IMG/VR virus record: IMGVR_UViG_3300020045_020105
Coordinates: 29,247-93,246 of that record
Reading direction: 5' to 3' (one strand)
Length of the DNA: 64,000 nucleotides
From: a virus
Notes under the pieces: model-generated
Databases searched by the model: none
Told to the model about the DNA's origin: nothing
The model's input: only the letters and a program-made list of their open reading frames with translations
Program-made: the position numbers and the translations under genes
Shown: positions 1-10,075 of the stretch, piece by piece
Numbering within the stretch: position 1 is the first letter of the stretch
Layout of the letters: every line of letters begins with the position of its first letter

Positions 1-2
1 CT

Positions 3-452
3 CAAAATTTTAGTGTTTTAAGTGCTGAGTTAGTAGCTGCTAAGAGTGAACTCAAAGCAATGAGCGAACAATTCAATACTGTTTTAGATCGCAAACCATC
101 TGAAAAAACAAATTGGCGCAAGGACGAAGTTTTGATTAAAACATTAGCTACTCCCTTAGCAGCTCAAAGAGCTAAAGTAGAGAAGCTTATTGACTTAGTT
201 GAATTACACCCAGAAAACCCAGAAAACATCAGATTGGCTAAGGAAGCACAAGCAGAACTTGAAGCTAAGAGACGTGTTGAGGCAGCTAAACGTGCAGCAG
301 AAAGACCTACCTATAAAATAGGTGCTTTTAATAAATTCAAAGATGGTTACTATGAAGTTATTAAATTAAATAATGAAGGTCAACCATCTTGGAGGAAAGT
401 TAAAGATGTAGATGTTCTAGCTCAACTTGAATTATTGAACTCAAATAAATAA
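3..452 (+). CDS. hypothetical protein, probably 5'-partial (frame open to the window edge)
   Basis: ORF 60..452 has no in-frame stop back to position 3 (QNFSVLSAELVAAKSELKAM...). Confidence 0.7.
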   Translation, partial: QNFSVLSAELVAAKSELKAMSEQFNTVLDRKPSEKTNWRKDEVLIKTLATPLAAQRAKVEKLIDLVELHPENPENIRLAKEAQAELEAKRRVEAAKRAAERPTYKIGAFNKFKDGYYEVIKLNNEGQPSWRKVKDVDVLAQLELLNSNK

Positions 453-457
453 AAATC

Positions 458-544
458 ATGAAATCAGCACAAGTAAGATTAGCAATTGCCATTATTGGAT
501 TCTTCGTATGTGTAGCTATTCTAGTATATTACGGCATTAAATAA
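458..544 (+). CDS. small membrane peptide (28 aa, not in ORF track)
   Basis: MKSAQVRLAIAIIGFFVCVAILVYYGIK fills the gap between genes; A-rich start context. Confidence 0.6.
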   Translation: MKSAQVRLAIAIIGFFVCVAILVYYGIK

Positions 545-550
545 GATAAG

Positions 551-1024
551 ATGGAAAACACAAATACTATTACCGTCATTAGTGAGTTAAATGACAAGAT
601 TGTAAAAGATCAAACTCGTATTAAAGAAGTAGAAGCAGTTCTTAAAACTCCGGTTGATTTGGATAAAAAAATGAGCTGTATGAATGAGTTAACTTGGCTC
701 AAAGAGAGAATCAAGATCTACAAAAGAATCATTTCCTATTGCTTAGAGCAACCTCTTCAAGGTCCTACTTCCATCCTTAAAAAGTTATCTGATTTTAAAG
801 CTACTACTAAGGAATCCCTTCAAGCTACAATTGAACAGATTGAAAACTTTGAAGTAACTTTTGGAGTAACATCTGACTCAGATGAGGATACAGAAATTCC
901 ACAAATGACTGATCTTCAAGCCAAGGTAGTGGAGAGCTTTATGATTAAGCGTACTCAATATGAAGCAACTTTAAATGCTTTAACCAATTCAACACCTTTA
1001 TTCGGACATTTCGCAATAAGATAG
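551..1024 (+). CDS. hypothetical coiled-coil protein
   Basis: ORF track, tight packing. Confidence 0.7.
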   Translation: MENTNTITVISELNDKIVKDQTRIKEVEAVLKTPVDLDKKMSCMNELTWLKERIKIYKRIISYCLEQPLQGPTSILKKLSDFKATTKESLQATIEQIENFEVTFGVTSDSDEDTEIPQMTDLQAKVVESFMIKRTQYEATLNALTNSTPLFGHFAIR

Positions 1025-1026
1025 TT

Positions 1027-1212
1027 ATGATTATAAAAACATTAAAAGAAGAACATTATCTTGAGTTAGTTAATAGTGGACTTCATTGTCCTTCTTATGG
1101 TAATTTTAAAGTTGGTGCAACCTATTCAATACAAGATGCTAAATTAAAGTTTCCGGTGATTAAAGCAAGATGCTCGCAAAATTGTCCTTATACATTAGTT
1201 TTAGAAAAATAA
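1027..1212 (+). CDS. hypothetical protein
   Basis: ORF track; AAGATAGTTATG start motif. Confidence 0.65.
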   Translation: MIIKTLKEEHYLELVNSGLHCPSYGNFKVGATYSIQDAKLKFPVIKARCSQNCPYTLVLEK

Positions 1213-1213
1213 A

Positions 1214-1816
1214 ATGGAAAATATTAAGATTGTTTTTAACAAGATCATTTCTGCTATAAGATCTGATTCTGTATCTGAAATAAGATACTTGTACTCTATT
1301 TTAAGTGATGAAAAACTTGGTAAAGGTAAAAGAGAAAAAACTTTTGAGCAATTCATTAGATTTATAGAGCATAATTCAGATAAAGGTCCGGTATTTCTTT
1401 ATGCTGAATGTTTCCACCTTAAAAATAAGGATCTTGATCTATTAGCTATTTTTGATCGTCTCCCAATGACTGAAAAGTTTGAATATAGGGAGTTCATCGA
1501 AAAAGCTTGGAAGCAAGATTTTAACTTTGAAGAAATCTATGGTAATCTGGCTCAACAAGATCATATGGATAAAGAACAAATTCTCGATTCTTTAGCCACC
1601 CATATACCAGAAGGTAAAAAAATGATTATCAGTAAAATTCTATTTAACGATAGAGAGTATCCTTGTAAATCAGATAAAATCAAAGGCCTTATTTATGAAG
1701 GATTAAAAGTAGATACTGTCACTGCAATTTTGAGCAAAAGAGAGGAATCTATTTGCACAAGATCTTATGTACTAACAACAGCAAAAAGACAATTTCCAGA
1801 CCAATACTTTGTTTAA
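1214..1816 (+). CDS. hypothetical protein
   Basis: ORF track. Confidence 0.7.
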   Translation: MENIKIVFNKIISAIRSDSVSEIRYLYSILSDEKLGKGKREKTFEQFIRFIEHNSDKGPVFLYAECFHLKNKDLDLLAIFDRLPMTEKFEYREFIEKAWKQDFNFEEIYGNLAQQDHMDKEQILDSLATHIPEGKKMIISKILFNDREYPCKSDKIKGLIYEGLKVDTVTAILSKREESICTRSYVLTTAKRQFPDQYFV

Positions 1817-1834
1817 ACTATAAAAATTAAAATC

Positions 1835-2185
1835 ATGTCAAAAGAAAAAAAAGAAATTATGATCGGTGATGAATTTACAGTAGAGTTCATCAAATCTGAA
1901 AAACCTGGTTTACCAATCTGCCGCTGTGATGGAATGGTTGGTTTTATTGATAAAGCAGAAAAGGGCATCTTTATCCCTGGGCAAACTTGGGTAGTATCAA
2001 TAGTAAAAGTATTTGATAAATTTTTGATTGTTAAGCCTCTTCTTAAGATGACATCTCGGAAAGACAATCAAAAGGATTTCCAAGCCAAATTGGATTTTTT
2101 CAAAAAAGATAAACGAGAGAGAGTTAAAGTTAAAAGAAATTATGCTTACCAAAGTAAACAAGAACTTCTTCAAGGAGAAATTTAA
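1835..2185 (+). CDS. TRAM-domain-like small nucleic-acid-binding protein
   Basis: GDEFTVEF...GLPICRCDGMVGFI...PGQTWVVSIVKVFDKF resembles the TRAM beta-barrel pattern; basic tail. Confidence 0.55.
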   Translation: MSKEKKEIMIGDEFTVEFIKSEKPGLPICRCDGMVGFIDKAEKGIFIPGQTWVVSIVKVFDKFLIVKPLLKMTSRKDNQKDFQAKLDFFKKDKRERVKVKRNYAYQSKQELLQGEI

Positions 2186-2189
2186 TCTT

Positions 2190-2244
2190 TTAAGGATTTT
2201 TAACATCCTTTAACATCTTTTAACCGAAATTTTTCGTACCTTTG
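2190..2244 (+). promoter_or_regulatory. class I promoter: 10-bp-phased TTAAC repeats plus Bacteroidota -7 box TACCTTTG
   Basis: TTAAG/TTAAC at 2190, 2200, 2210, 2220; TACCTTTG at 2237-2244. Confidence 0.8.
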
Positions 2245-2267
2245 AGAATAAATTAAAAAAACATACC

Positions 2268-3074
2268 ATGAATTTAGAAGACTTGTTATTTCCAGTAAAA
2301 ATCGTCCCATCAGTTACCTTCCTTGAGGGATATGACTTTGTAAATAAACATGAAGGTATGGTGATTGTTGAACCTGTAGGAGAAAAACCTAAAGTAGTAA
2401 ATGTACCTTCATTGGGCTATGGATTGCTTCCATTAGCAGATATTTTAATCCCACTTGAGGAAAAACTTCGTGAGTCATTCACCATCACTCCAACTTATTC
2501 ACACAGAGATCATGCTAGATTTAGTATTACTTATGTGATTGAAGGAGTAGAAGTTTTGGTTGGTAAAAAGGATAAGTTAAATCCCTTCATCAAAATCATT
2601 CACTCTTACGACTCCTCAACCATCTTTCAGGTTAAACTTGGCTTTTCAAGACAATTAACCAAGACAGGTATCATGGGAGCTACATTCCAAGACGTAATTA
2701 CATCCCATACTGTTGATATGATTGACGAAGTTATCGAAGATACAATCAATGCAGTGACTGAATTTATTGAGAACTGTGAAGATTACAAAGTTGAAGCTTA
2801 CGATTTAATCAATAAAAAGGTAACTAATGTTGAGACTCGTGTTGATCAAATTCTTGAAGAAACCGGTGAAATGCGTGGTTATAAAGACCTAATCATGCAA
2901 AGAATCGCTTTTGAAATAGCGGAAAATAAATTACCGCAAACCGATTGGCTCATTTATAATGCCATCAATTACCAATTGAATTTCAGCTCGGAAGCGCAGG
3001 AAAATATGAAAATGAAGAAAGATCAAAAGATCTACTCTTACATTGCTTCGAGCTATGCCGCGAAAATCGCCTGA
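2268..3074 (+). CDS. DUF932-family protein
   Basis: VSxxYGLLP-type and IIHSYDSS..FQVKLGFSRQL..TG motifs typical of DUF932/DUF945. Confidence 0.7.
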   Translation: MNLEDLLFPVKIVPSVTFLEGYDFVNKHEGMVIVEPVGEKPKVVNVPSLGYGLLPLADILIPLEEKLRESFTITPTYSHRDHARFSITYVIEGVEVLVGKKDKLNPFIKIIHSYDSSTIFQVKLGFSRQLTKTGIMGATFQDVITSHTVDMIDEVIEDTINAVTEFIENCEDYKVEAYDLINKKVTNVETRVDQILEETGEMRGYKDLIMQRIAFEIAENKLPQTDWLIYNAINYQLNFSSEAQENMKMKKDQKIYSYIASSYAAKIA

Positions 3075-3082
3075 TTATTAAC

Positions 3083-3126
3083 TGGTGGGGGAGGATAAGC
3101 GAACGAACGCACCCCTCCCCCTTCCA
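3083..3126 (+). other. GC-rich stem-loop in the SSB leader
   Basis: GGGGGAGG (3087-3094) pairs with CCTCCCCC (3114-3121); inner GCG/CGC; outer TGG/CCA; no U-tract. Confidence 0.6.
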
Positions 3127-3248
3127 TTAAAAACTGAGAAGATGCACTCCATTAGATCCCCAGGTTTATCGATCCCATAGAAAATCGAATTTGTGTTTAG
3201 TATTAATTATAAATTAGTCTGGTGAGAATCCAGATACAAAAATCATTT

Positions 3249-4328
3249 ATGGCAATAGATAGAAAATTATTTAAAGCAACCTCTACAGAGGTATTGAAGG
3301 AACAAAAAGACAGAGTTGAGTCTCAAGTTCACGGCTCTAACAGGGCTAAATTCCACAAAATTGAAAAGGGTGCAAATAAATTCAGGTTTTACCCTGCTCA
3401 CCCAGGTACATCGAATTTCATTTATGAAAAAGTGATCGCTTGGCTTCCTCAGGAAATTCCTGCTAAGGACGGTGCCGAAGCAAAAATCGAAAGACGTCCT
3501 ATTTTTAACTCTCGCACTCATGGTGGTACCAAGAAGGATATCGTCGAAGAGTATATTAAATTTGTAGTTCGTCAATTGACGGAAGAAATTCAGGACGAAA
3601 AAGAACTATCCAAAAGACTTGATCCAATCTTAAATTGGAAAACAGGTATTAAAGCTGGTGTGTCCTGGGTTGCTTATGCAGATAAAATCAATTCTCTGGG
3701 AGAAGCATTCTTTGGAATGGTAAATGTAACCGATGGAACTAAAAACAAGCTGAACGAATTGGCTATTGTTGAAGATCCAAATGAACCAATTTCTGTGGAT
3801 CCCTTCACCAATCCGGATACTGGTAAAGCTGTGGTTATTACATATACTCCAGATGCAAAAGCAAAAGGAGATGTGTATAAAGTAACTTTGCTCTGGCAGA
3901 AAAATTCCCCTCTATCTGAGTCTCAACTTGAGGCTTTCTCAGAAGTAGAAACCCTTCAATCTATGTTCCGTAATTCATACACCAGAAAAGATTTCGAGAG
4001 AGCTCTTGATGGTTTGCAGATTATTGATGCCGAACATGGGTATGATGCTTTTCAAAACGATAATTGGTTAGAAATCGTTGAGGAAATTGACAGGTACTAT
4101 CCTGAAGAAGGTGAAACTGCTGCCGAAGAAGTTGCAGAAGAAATTGCCGAAGAAGCTACTGAATCTATTGAGGAGGTGGAAGCTGAAGAGGTGGAAGAAG
4201 TAAAAGAAGAAAAACCAGTTTTCAAAACTCCAGCTGCAACAGCAGCAAAAGAAACTGCTCCTCCAACTTCAACCTCTGCAAGAGCTACCGGTACAAGTTC
4301 TTTGAGAGACAAATACAAGAAGAAATAA
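3249..4328 (+). CDS. T4 gp32-like single-stranded DNA-binding protein
   Basis: FHKIEKGANKFRFYPA and DPFTNPDTGKAVVITY motifs, acidic C-terminal region, position ahead of recombination genes; ATG 3249 preferred over GTG 3222. Confidence 0.75.
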   Translation: MAIDRKLFKATSTEVLKEQKDRVESQVHGSNRAKFHKIEKGANKFRFYPAHPGTSNFIYEKVIAWLPQEIPAKDGAEAKIERRPIFNSRTHGGTKKDIVEEYIKFVVRQLTEEIQDEKELSKRLDPILNWKTGIKAGVSWVAYADKINSLGEAFFGMVNVTDGTKNKLNELAIVEDPNEPISVDPFTNPDTGKAVVITYTPDAKAKGDVYKVTLLWQKNSPLSESQLEAFSEVETLQSMFRNSYTRKDFERALDGLQIIDAEHGYDAFQNDNWLEIVEEIDRYYPEEGETAAEEVAEEIAEEATESIEEVEAEEVEEVKEEKPVFKTPAATAAKETAPPTSTSARATGTSSLRDKYKKK

Positions 4329-4354
4329 GCAAGTAAGTTTAAAAATTTCAACAC

Positions 4355-4382
4355 AAATATCCCCCTTTATTGGGGGATATTT
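4355..4382 (+). terminator. intrinsic terminator-like hairpin
   Basis: AAATATCCCCC-TTTATT-GGGGGATATTT. Confidence 0.7.
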
Positions 4383-4393
4383 AAATATTTTCC

Positions 4394-5419
4394 ATGAATA
4401 AACCACTATTCGCCCAAATTACAGATACTCATTTAAGAGTAGGAAATCAAGATTTTATTGAGAAATTATTTGATGAATTTCTAGAAGCTTGTATAAAAGC
4501 AGGAATAAAGACAGTTTATCACTTAGGTGATTTTTTTGATACAAGAAAGGAACAACCTGAAGAAGTACTTGTTACGGCAGGACGAATCTTTAGCAAATTT
4601 GATAGGTGCAATATTAATTTAATTATAATTCCAGGGAATCATGATAAAGTGAATCCCCTAGGAACTTCAAGCTATTTATTGGAATTCCAATTCCACCCAA
4701 ATGTGACAGTAATTTCAACCCCAACATATTTTCAAGAAGACCTTTATGGTATTATCTTACTCCCCTATTTTGAAGACAGCAGAAACGAAATATTTTTAGA
4801 ACAAAATAAGCATTTAGCTCAAACATCAACAAATCCAGTTTATGTAGGTGCTCATTGTGAAGTAGAGGGAATTATCCCTGAGGGAAAAACAATTCGATTC
4901 CCCCTTCCCATAAAATTACTTAAAAACTTCACTAAAGTATTTGTAGGACATTATCACAATTTATCTAAAATTGGAACAAATATTTTTTATATAGGTAGCT
5001 CTCACCAAGATTACTTTTCTGAGGATGAAGAAAAGGGCTATACTGTTGTCTACCAAAGTGGTGCTCATAAACAATACTCTCTCACATTCCCAATCTGGAA
5101 AGAGGAGATTATCAATCTGTCAGAGGGTACTTTTACTGAGGACTACGTAGTAGATAAATATGGTGCTGAAATGTATCACAATGCTACTAGAGTAAGACTT
5201 CACTTTAAAGGTGATCGCTCTTTAATGTCAGTAGTTAATATTCAAAGACTCAAATCACTTGGGTTTAAAATTAAAACTACAATTGAAGGGGAAGGAATTA
5301 TTATTTCAGAAACACCAAAAGAAGAAACGATAAAGTTTGATTTACAAAACTCACTCAAAGAATTTTGTGAGATAAATCAACTTGAATTCGATATACTTGA
5401 ACCTTATTTAAACGATTAA
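4394..5419 (+). CDS. Mre11/SbcD-like recombination nuclease (gp47-like)
   Basis: metallophosphoesterase motifs DTH, GDFFD, GNHD, GHYH, YIGS. Confidence 0.9.
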   Translation: MNKPLFAQITDTHLRVGNQDFIEKLFDEFLEACIKAGIKTVYHLGDFFDTRKEQPEEVLVTAGRIFSKFDRCNINLIIIPGNHDKVNPLGTSSYLLEFQFHPNVTVISTPTYFQEDLYGIILLPYFEDSRNEIFLEQNKHLAQTSTNPVYVGAHCEVEGIIPEGKTIRFPLPIKLLKNFTKVFVGHYHNLSKIGTNIFYIGSSHQDYFSEDEEKGYTVVYQSGAHKQYSLTFPIWKEEIINLSEGTFTEDYVVDKYGAEMYHNATRVRLHFKGDRSLMSVVNIQRLKSLGFKIKTTIEGEGIIISETPKEETIKFDLQNSLKEFCEINQLEFDILEPYLND

Positions 5420-5420
5420 T

Positions 5421-5558
5421 ATGAAACCAGAAGAAAAAATATTTATTGCAAATTGTCCTTTAACTGCTTGTGCAATTAATGAAAAGGGAGTTTGTTGTAG
5501 TACAAATGAAGTTCAGTGTGAAAATATCCCTGATTGTTTTAATGAAGACAAAGAGTAA
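5421..5558 (+). CDS. small Cys-rich protein (45 aa, not in ORF track)
   Basis: MKPEEKIFIANCPLTACAINEKGVCCSTNEVQCENIPDCFNEDKE. Confidence 0.6.
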   Translation: MKPEEKIFIANCPLTACAINEKGVCCSTNEVQCENIPDCFNEDKE

Positions 5559-5561
5559 CTC

Positions 5562-5786
5562 ATGTATAAAAAATACTATGATTTTTATAGGGGAGTGGTT
5601 TGGTTAAATATATCTCCTATGACAATAGGAATGTTTGAAGCTAACGTATTTAAGAAAATATGGCTTGTGCTTAATCCTAAAAAAGATATTACAGAAAAGG
5701 GATACCATATAATTTGTGATGATGGTTTTACATGGTGGATTAGAGAAAAAGATATAAATCAATTTGAATTAGTGAAAAATCAATAA
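5562..5786 (+). CDS. hypothetical protein
   Basis: ORF track. Confidence 0.6.
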   Translation: MYKKYYDFYRGVVWLNISPMTIGMFEANVFKKIWLVLNPKKDITEKGYHIICDDGFTWWIREKDINQFELVKNQ

Positions 5787-5797
5787 AAATAGGAATT

Positions 5798-6037
5798 ATG
5801 ATTGTTAAGAAATTTAGAGTAACTAGAAATGATTTCCCATCACATAGAGTTGATGTTAAAGAAGGAGATCTTGTTTATTGGAAAGATGGTAAAAATAATA
5901 TTAATCTATTTAGAGCATCTGACAATATTTGCATTTTGTCTTTATCACCAAAACAATTTAAGGTAGAAGTAGGTATAGTTTACTCTGCCGAGTACCTATA
6001 TTCTTGGCCTAGGATAAAACAATTAATTCTACAATAA
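5798..6037 (+). CDS. hypothetical protein
   Basis: ORF track. Confidence 0.6.
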   Translation: MIVKKFRVTRNDFPSHRVDVKEGDLVYWKDGKNNINLFRASDNICILSLSPKQFKVEVGIVYSAEYLYSWPRIKQLILQ

Positions 6038-6041
6038 TATT

Positions 6042-6140
6042 GGGGGTGTGGTGAAGTTGAGACACACAGGGCTGCAGCTATATTTAGAATGTTAGATATA
6101 TGAACCTGAGAAACTAGTTTGACTCTAGTAACCCCCACAA
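6042..6140 (+). tRNA. tRNA-like element or pseudo-tRNA with a 25-nt hairpin insert in the anticodon loop (GCA/Cys if the insert lies at 37/38)
   Basis: acceptor GGGGGTG/AACCCCC, D arm GTG..CAC, anticodon stem CAGG/CCTG, T arm ACTAG-TTTGACT-CTAGT, ends A-CAA. Confidence 0.6.
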
Positions 6141-6160
6141 TATAATATTAAATAAAATAT

Positions 6161-7525
6161 ATGGAATATTCTGACAAATTAAAAGGAGTACTTAAACAGA
6201 TCAATAAGAGCTACGGAAATAATTCTGTAGTTAGTTTAAATGATGTAGGTATAGTACCTCCACTCTGTTCAACAGGTAGTTTAGGATTGGATTTAGCAAT
6301 AGGAATTGGTGGAATGCCAAAGGGGAGAATTATTGAAATATTTGGGCCTGAATCTTCGGGTAAAACAACTTTATGTTTACATTGTATTGCAGAAGCACAA
6401 AAAACAACAAGTAAACCGGCAGCTTTTGTTGATGCAGAACACGCATTTGACCCAACTTATTTTGAGGCTATTGGAGGAGATTTAGATGCTCTTATTTTCT
6501 CTCAACCAGATAATGGTGAACACGCTTTAAATATTGTTGAATCTCTTGTAAATTCTGGGGAAGTATCAATAATTATTGTGGATAGTGTTGCTGCTTTGGT
6601 TCCTAAAGCAGAACTTGATGGAGAAATGGGAGATCATTCCGTTGGAGTTCATGCTCGTTTAATGTCAAGAGCAATGAGAAAACTTACAGCAGTATGTTCA
6701 AAAACAGAAACTACAATTATTTTTATAAATCAACTTCGTGAGAAAATTGGGATAATGTATGGTTCACCAGAAACCACTACAGGAGGAAATGCATTAAAAT
6801 TCTATGCTTCTGTACGTTTGGATATTCGTCGTAAATCAGTAAATAAACACACAGAAAACGGAGAAGAGATCAAGGATTCGAATGCTACTCTTGTAAAAGT
6901 AATTAAAAACAAAGTAGCTCCACCATTCAAGGAATGCAAATTCGATATTGTTTACGGTAAAGGTATAGATTCAGTTTCAGAATATGCTTATGTCGCTGAT
7001 AAACTTGGTTTATTTAAAACAAAAGCCGGTAAAATTCACCCAAATTACACCCCAACCATTTGGGGAGATGAAGAAATTGAATCTACAATAAACTTTGTTT
7101 CTGATGTAATCAAAGATCCTGAATTTTGGGTGTTAAAAGAAGAAATTTACCTTCATATTCAACTTAAAATGAACCAAATTACTCAAGAAAAATTCAATGA
7201 TGAATTTAATATTCTTGAGTTCAAGTTTGAGCAAGAAGAAGAGCATTTTAAGAAGTTCAAAGCTTTTGGTGATGATGCTTCTGGTAAATCAAAATATGCA
7301 GAAGCTATTTATTACCTTGGACTTGCTGCAGAAGTAAAACCATTTGATAAACCAACCAAAACCAAGTTGATTGCTGTTCAAAAACGCACAGAAGGCAAGA
7401 AGGATATCGATTGGTGGGTAATGGTGTGGAATGACGATACAAAAAGACTAAATGTTCAAACAGGAGATATAGAAGAAATTAAAACTGAACCTGTACAATC
7501 AGATGTGGAAACTAAAACAAATTAA
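6161..7525 (+). CDS. recA: RecA recombinase with C-terminal extension
   Basis: GPESSGKTT Walker [44 protein letters not shown]. Confidence 0.97.
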   Translation: MEYSDKLKGVLKQINKSYGNNSVVSLNDVGIVPPLCSTGSLGLDLAIGIGGMPKGRIIEIFGPESSGKTTLCLHCIAEAQKTTSKPAAFVDAEHAFDPTYFEAIGGDLDALIFSQPDNGEHALNIVESLVNSGEVSIIIVDSVAALVPKAELDGEMGDHSVGVHARLMSRAMRKLTAVCSKTETTIIFINQLREKIGIMYGSPETTTGGNALKFYASVRLDIRRKSVNKHTENGEEIKDSNATLVKVIKNKVAPPFKECKFDIVYGKGIDSVSEYAYVADKLGLFKTKAGKIHPNYTPTIWGDEEIESTINFVSDVIKDPEFWVLKEEIYLHIQLKMNQITQEKFNDEFNILEFKFEQEEEHFKKFKAFGDDASGKSKYAEAIYYLGLAAEVKPFDKPTKTKLIAVQKRTEGKKDIDWWVMVWNDDTKRLNVQTGDIEEIKTEPVQSDVETKTN

Positions 7526-9476
7526 AGCAAAAAATCTTGGTTCGTTCAAGGATGTTGAGATATCACTGGTTGAAGGGGTTTGCACCTTAATTACCGGAGA
7601 AAATCTTGATGATGAAGGACAGGAAAGCAATGGCTCGGGGAAATCATTAATCCTCGAGACCATTTCTTTAGTTACTACAGGCGAAGTATTCCGGAAGGAT
7701 GCTCGCCCTGTAGATCTAATTAGAGACGGGGAGGATGAATCTCCTCTATCTCTATTGTTTGTAGATACTCTGAATGAAGAAAAAACACTTTATATCGAGA
7801 GAACTATTTACAGAACTAAAACAGCAATTGTTAAGATAAAAGAAAGCCATAAACAAGGAAACACTACTAAAAGTGGTATTTCTGAGTATAATGAAGAAAT
7901 TTTACACTTAATAGGATTATCTAAACAAGATCTTCTTAGTTACTTTATTATTCATAAGGAAAAAACAACCCCTTTCCTTATGTGTACTGATACAAAGAAA
8001 AAGGAAGTTATTGTTCGCTTTGCCAACTTAGGTATTTTAGAAGGAATTAATGCAAAAGTAGATAAGGAAATAGCTACTTTGGTAACATCAATTTCCTCCA
8101 TAGATACTCAAGTTGTTTCTGAGGAGAGTTCTCTTGCTACTTATGAAGTTGAAAAGAAGAACCATCTCAAAAATAGGGAATCTCTTTACCAAGAACAGAA
8201 GAATCAGATTCAAGCAGAAATAAATGATCTAATTAAGGATAAAGAACAACTTCAATCAGATAAGGAACTTGAACTTATTTTGGATAAAAAGAGAAAGCAA
8301 AAGCTCTTTATATACCAAATGAGATATTCTAAATTTGTGGATCTCTATACTCCTCTTCTTGACGAATGTAAAGAGGACCATGCTTTTACTAAGAAGCAAA
8401 TTAAGGACCTAGAAGACGAAAATAGTAAAGAAGTAAAATTCTTTTCACTTGAAAAACAAGAAGAATCAAAATTAAAAATTAAAATTGCCGGTGAAATTGC
8501 TTGTCCAAAATGCGATCATAAATTTATTTTAGGAGATAAAAATAATACTCTCGAAGAATATAAGATTCAATTGATTAACCTTCAAATAGCTATTAAAGCT
8601 ACAGAAGGTAGAATTTTAACTATCGCAAATGACTTAACAGAATGCAAGGAAGTACTTGAAGAAATTGAACTCATTATTAATGGAGCTAAAAAGGATCTTG
8701 ATCGTTACAATACTTTACTCTTTAAATGTGATTGGACTATTACCAATTTAACAGGTGATATTGAGAGTCTTAAAAATACACTTGAGAGATATGATCGAGA
8801 TATAAAGAAAGTATCTGATAAAATTACTACTCTGAAAACTAAAAAATTAGAAGTAGATAAGGGATTAGATAGCGTATTAATTCGATACGATAAACAAATC
8901 GAATCGATCAAAACCAAAATACTTACAATCAAACAAAGCAAAGAAGACCTTCAATCATCTATTGTAAATAAAGAAGATATTAAAACTGCTTTTAGTAAGT
9001 TTAAGGTCTATTTGGTAAATAAAACACTAAATACTATTTCATCCTTTACCAACCACTATCTCAATAAAATGGGATCGGGAATGTCTATCAACTTAAATGG
9101 CTATCGCTATTTGGCTGATGGTAAAACATTACGAGAGGAAATAGAAACAGAGATATTTAGAGATGGGATGCCTTGTGGACTATTTGGCAGATTTAGTTCT
9201 GGTGAAAAGGTCCGATTAATAGTAGCCAATATCCTAGCACTGCAGAAAATCATCAATATAACATCTCCAACAGGAGGACTTGATTTATTATTTCTAGATG
9301 AGATCGTAGAGAGTGTAGATTCGCAGGGAATCAAGGGATTGGTTAAAGCGATTAATCTCACTCAACAAACAGTTGAAATTATTACATTTTCTCAACACAA
9401 TATCTTAGGAGTTCCTAATTTAATTGTGCGTAAAAAGGACGGTGAAGCAATACCTTACTACAAAGAAAATTCTTAA
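7503..9476 (+). CDS. Rad50/SbcC-like ATPase (gp46-like)
   Basis: SNGSGKS Walker A, coiled coils with CPKC zinc hook, FSSGE signature, LFLDE Walker B. Confidence 0.93.
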   Translation: MWKLKQIKAKNLGSFKDVEISLVEGVCTLITGENLDDEGQESNGSGKSLILETISLVTTGEVFRKDARPVDLIRDGEDESPLSLLFVDTLNEEKTLYIERTIYRTKTAIVKIKESHKQGNTTKSGISEYNEEILHLIGLSKQDLLSYFIIHKEKTTPFLMCTDTKKKEVIVRFANLGILEGINAKVDKEIATLVTSISSIDTQVVSEESSLATYEVEKKNHLKNRESLYQEQKNQIQAEINDLIKDKEQLQSDKELELILDKKRKQKLFIYQMRYSKFVDLYTPLLDECKEDHAFTKKQIKDLEDENSKEVKFFSLEKQEESKLKIKIAGEIACPKCDHKFILGDKNNTLEEYKIQLINLQIAIKATEGRILTIANDLTECKEVLEEIELIINGAKKDLDRYNTLLFKCDWTITNLTGDIESLKNTLERYDRDIKKVSDKITTLKTKKLEVDKGLDSVLIRYDKQIESIKTKILTIKQSKEDLQSSIVNKEDIKTAFSKFKVYLVNKTLNTISSFTNHYLNKMGSGMSINLNGYRYLADGKTLREEIETEIFRDGMPCGLFGRFSSGEKVRLIVANILALQKIINITSPTGGLDLLFLDEIVESVDSQGIKGLVKAINLTQQTVEIITFSQHNILGVPNLIVRKKDGEAIPYYKENS

Positions 9477-9484
9477 AATCCTTC

Positions 9485-9515
9485 TTGGAGAATTTAGAAA
9501 TTTTACTTATATTTG
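9485..9515 (+). promoter_or_regulatory. class II promoter (GAGAAT dyad plus TATATTTG -7 box)
   Basis: TTGGAGAATTTAGAAATTTTACTTATATTTG. Confidence 0.75.
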
Positions 9516-9519
9516 AAAT

Positions 9520-10074
9520 ATGGAAAAGAAAATAATATTAGCCATTGACCCTGGAAATATTGAATCAGCATATGTACTCTGGGATGGAGAAAAAATGCTA
9601 GATAAAAATTACCTACCAAATAAGGAATGTTTATCTAAGTTTGAGCAACAAAGATTTCAAAATATTGATTGTGTTGTGATTGAAATGGTATCCTCCTATG
9701 GTATGCCTATTGGTCAGAATACAATAGATACTTGTGTATGGATTGGTATTTTCAAACAATTTTTCCATAATAAAGAGGTCCATTTAAGATTTCGCCAAAC
9801 AGTAAAAATGCACCACTGTCATGCTCTGAATGGAGTTAATGATGGAGCAATAAATAATGTTTTAAAAGGTAAATATGGAGATGATAAGACTCAAAAAAGA
9901 CCAAATGAGGTTATCTGGAATGATTGTGTAAAACACAATGGCGGTAGAGAGTACATGAATGGAGATATTTGGGCAGCTTTTGCTCTTGCAACTTCATGGA
10001 CAGAACCACCAAGCTCTATTATTCAAAATCCATTAGAACGTGAAAACAATAAATTAACCAAAAACTTACTATAA
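9520..10074 (+). CDS. RuvC-like Holliday junction resolvase
   Basis: ILAIDPG, VVIE and DIWAAFALA acidic catalytic pattern. Confidence 0.75.
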   Translation: MEKKIILAIDPGNIESAYVLWDGEKMLDKNYLPNKECLSKFEQQRFQNIDCVVIEMVSSYGMPIGQNTIDTCVWIGIFKQFFHNKEVHLRFRQTVKMHHCHALNGVNDGAINNVLKGKYGDDKTQKRPNEVIWNDCVKHNGGREYMNGDIWAAFALATSWTEPPSSIIQNPLERENNKLTKNLL

Positions 10075-10075
10075 A

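Noticed and set aside
2209-2238. TTTAAC...CGTA as an ECF sigma promoter for the phage sigma factor
   Set aside because: spacing is 10 or 20 nt rather than 16-17, and CGTA is part of the Bacteroidota -7 context
6042-6140. tmRNA or prophage attachment site
   Set aside because: no G3-U70 pair or tag frame, too short, and no integrase or host genes in the window
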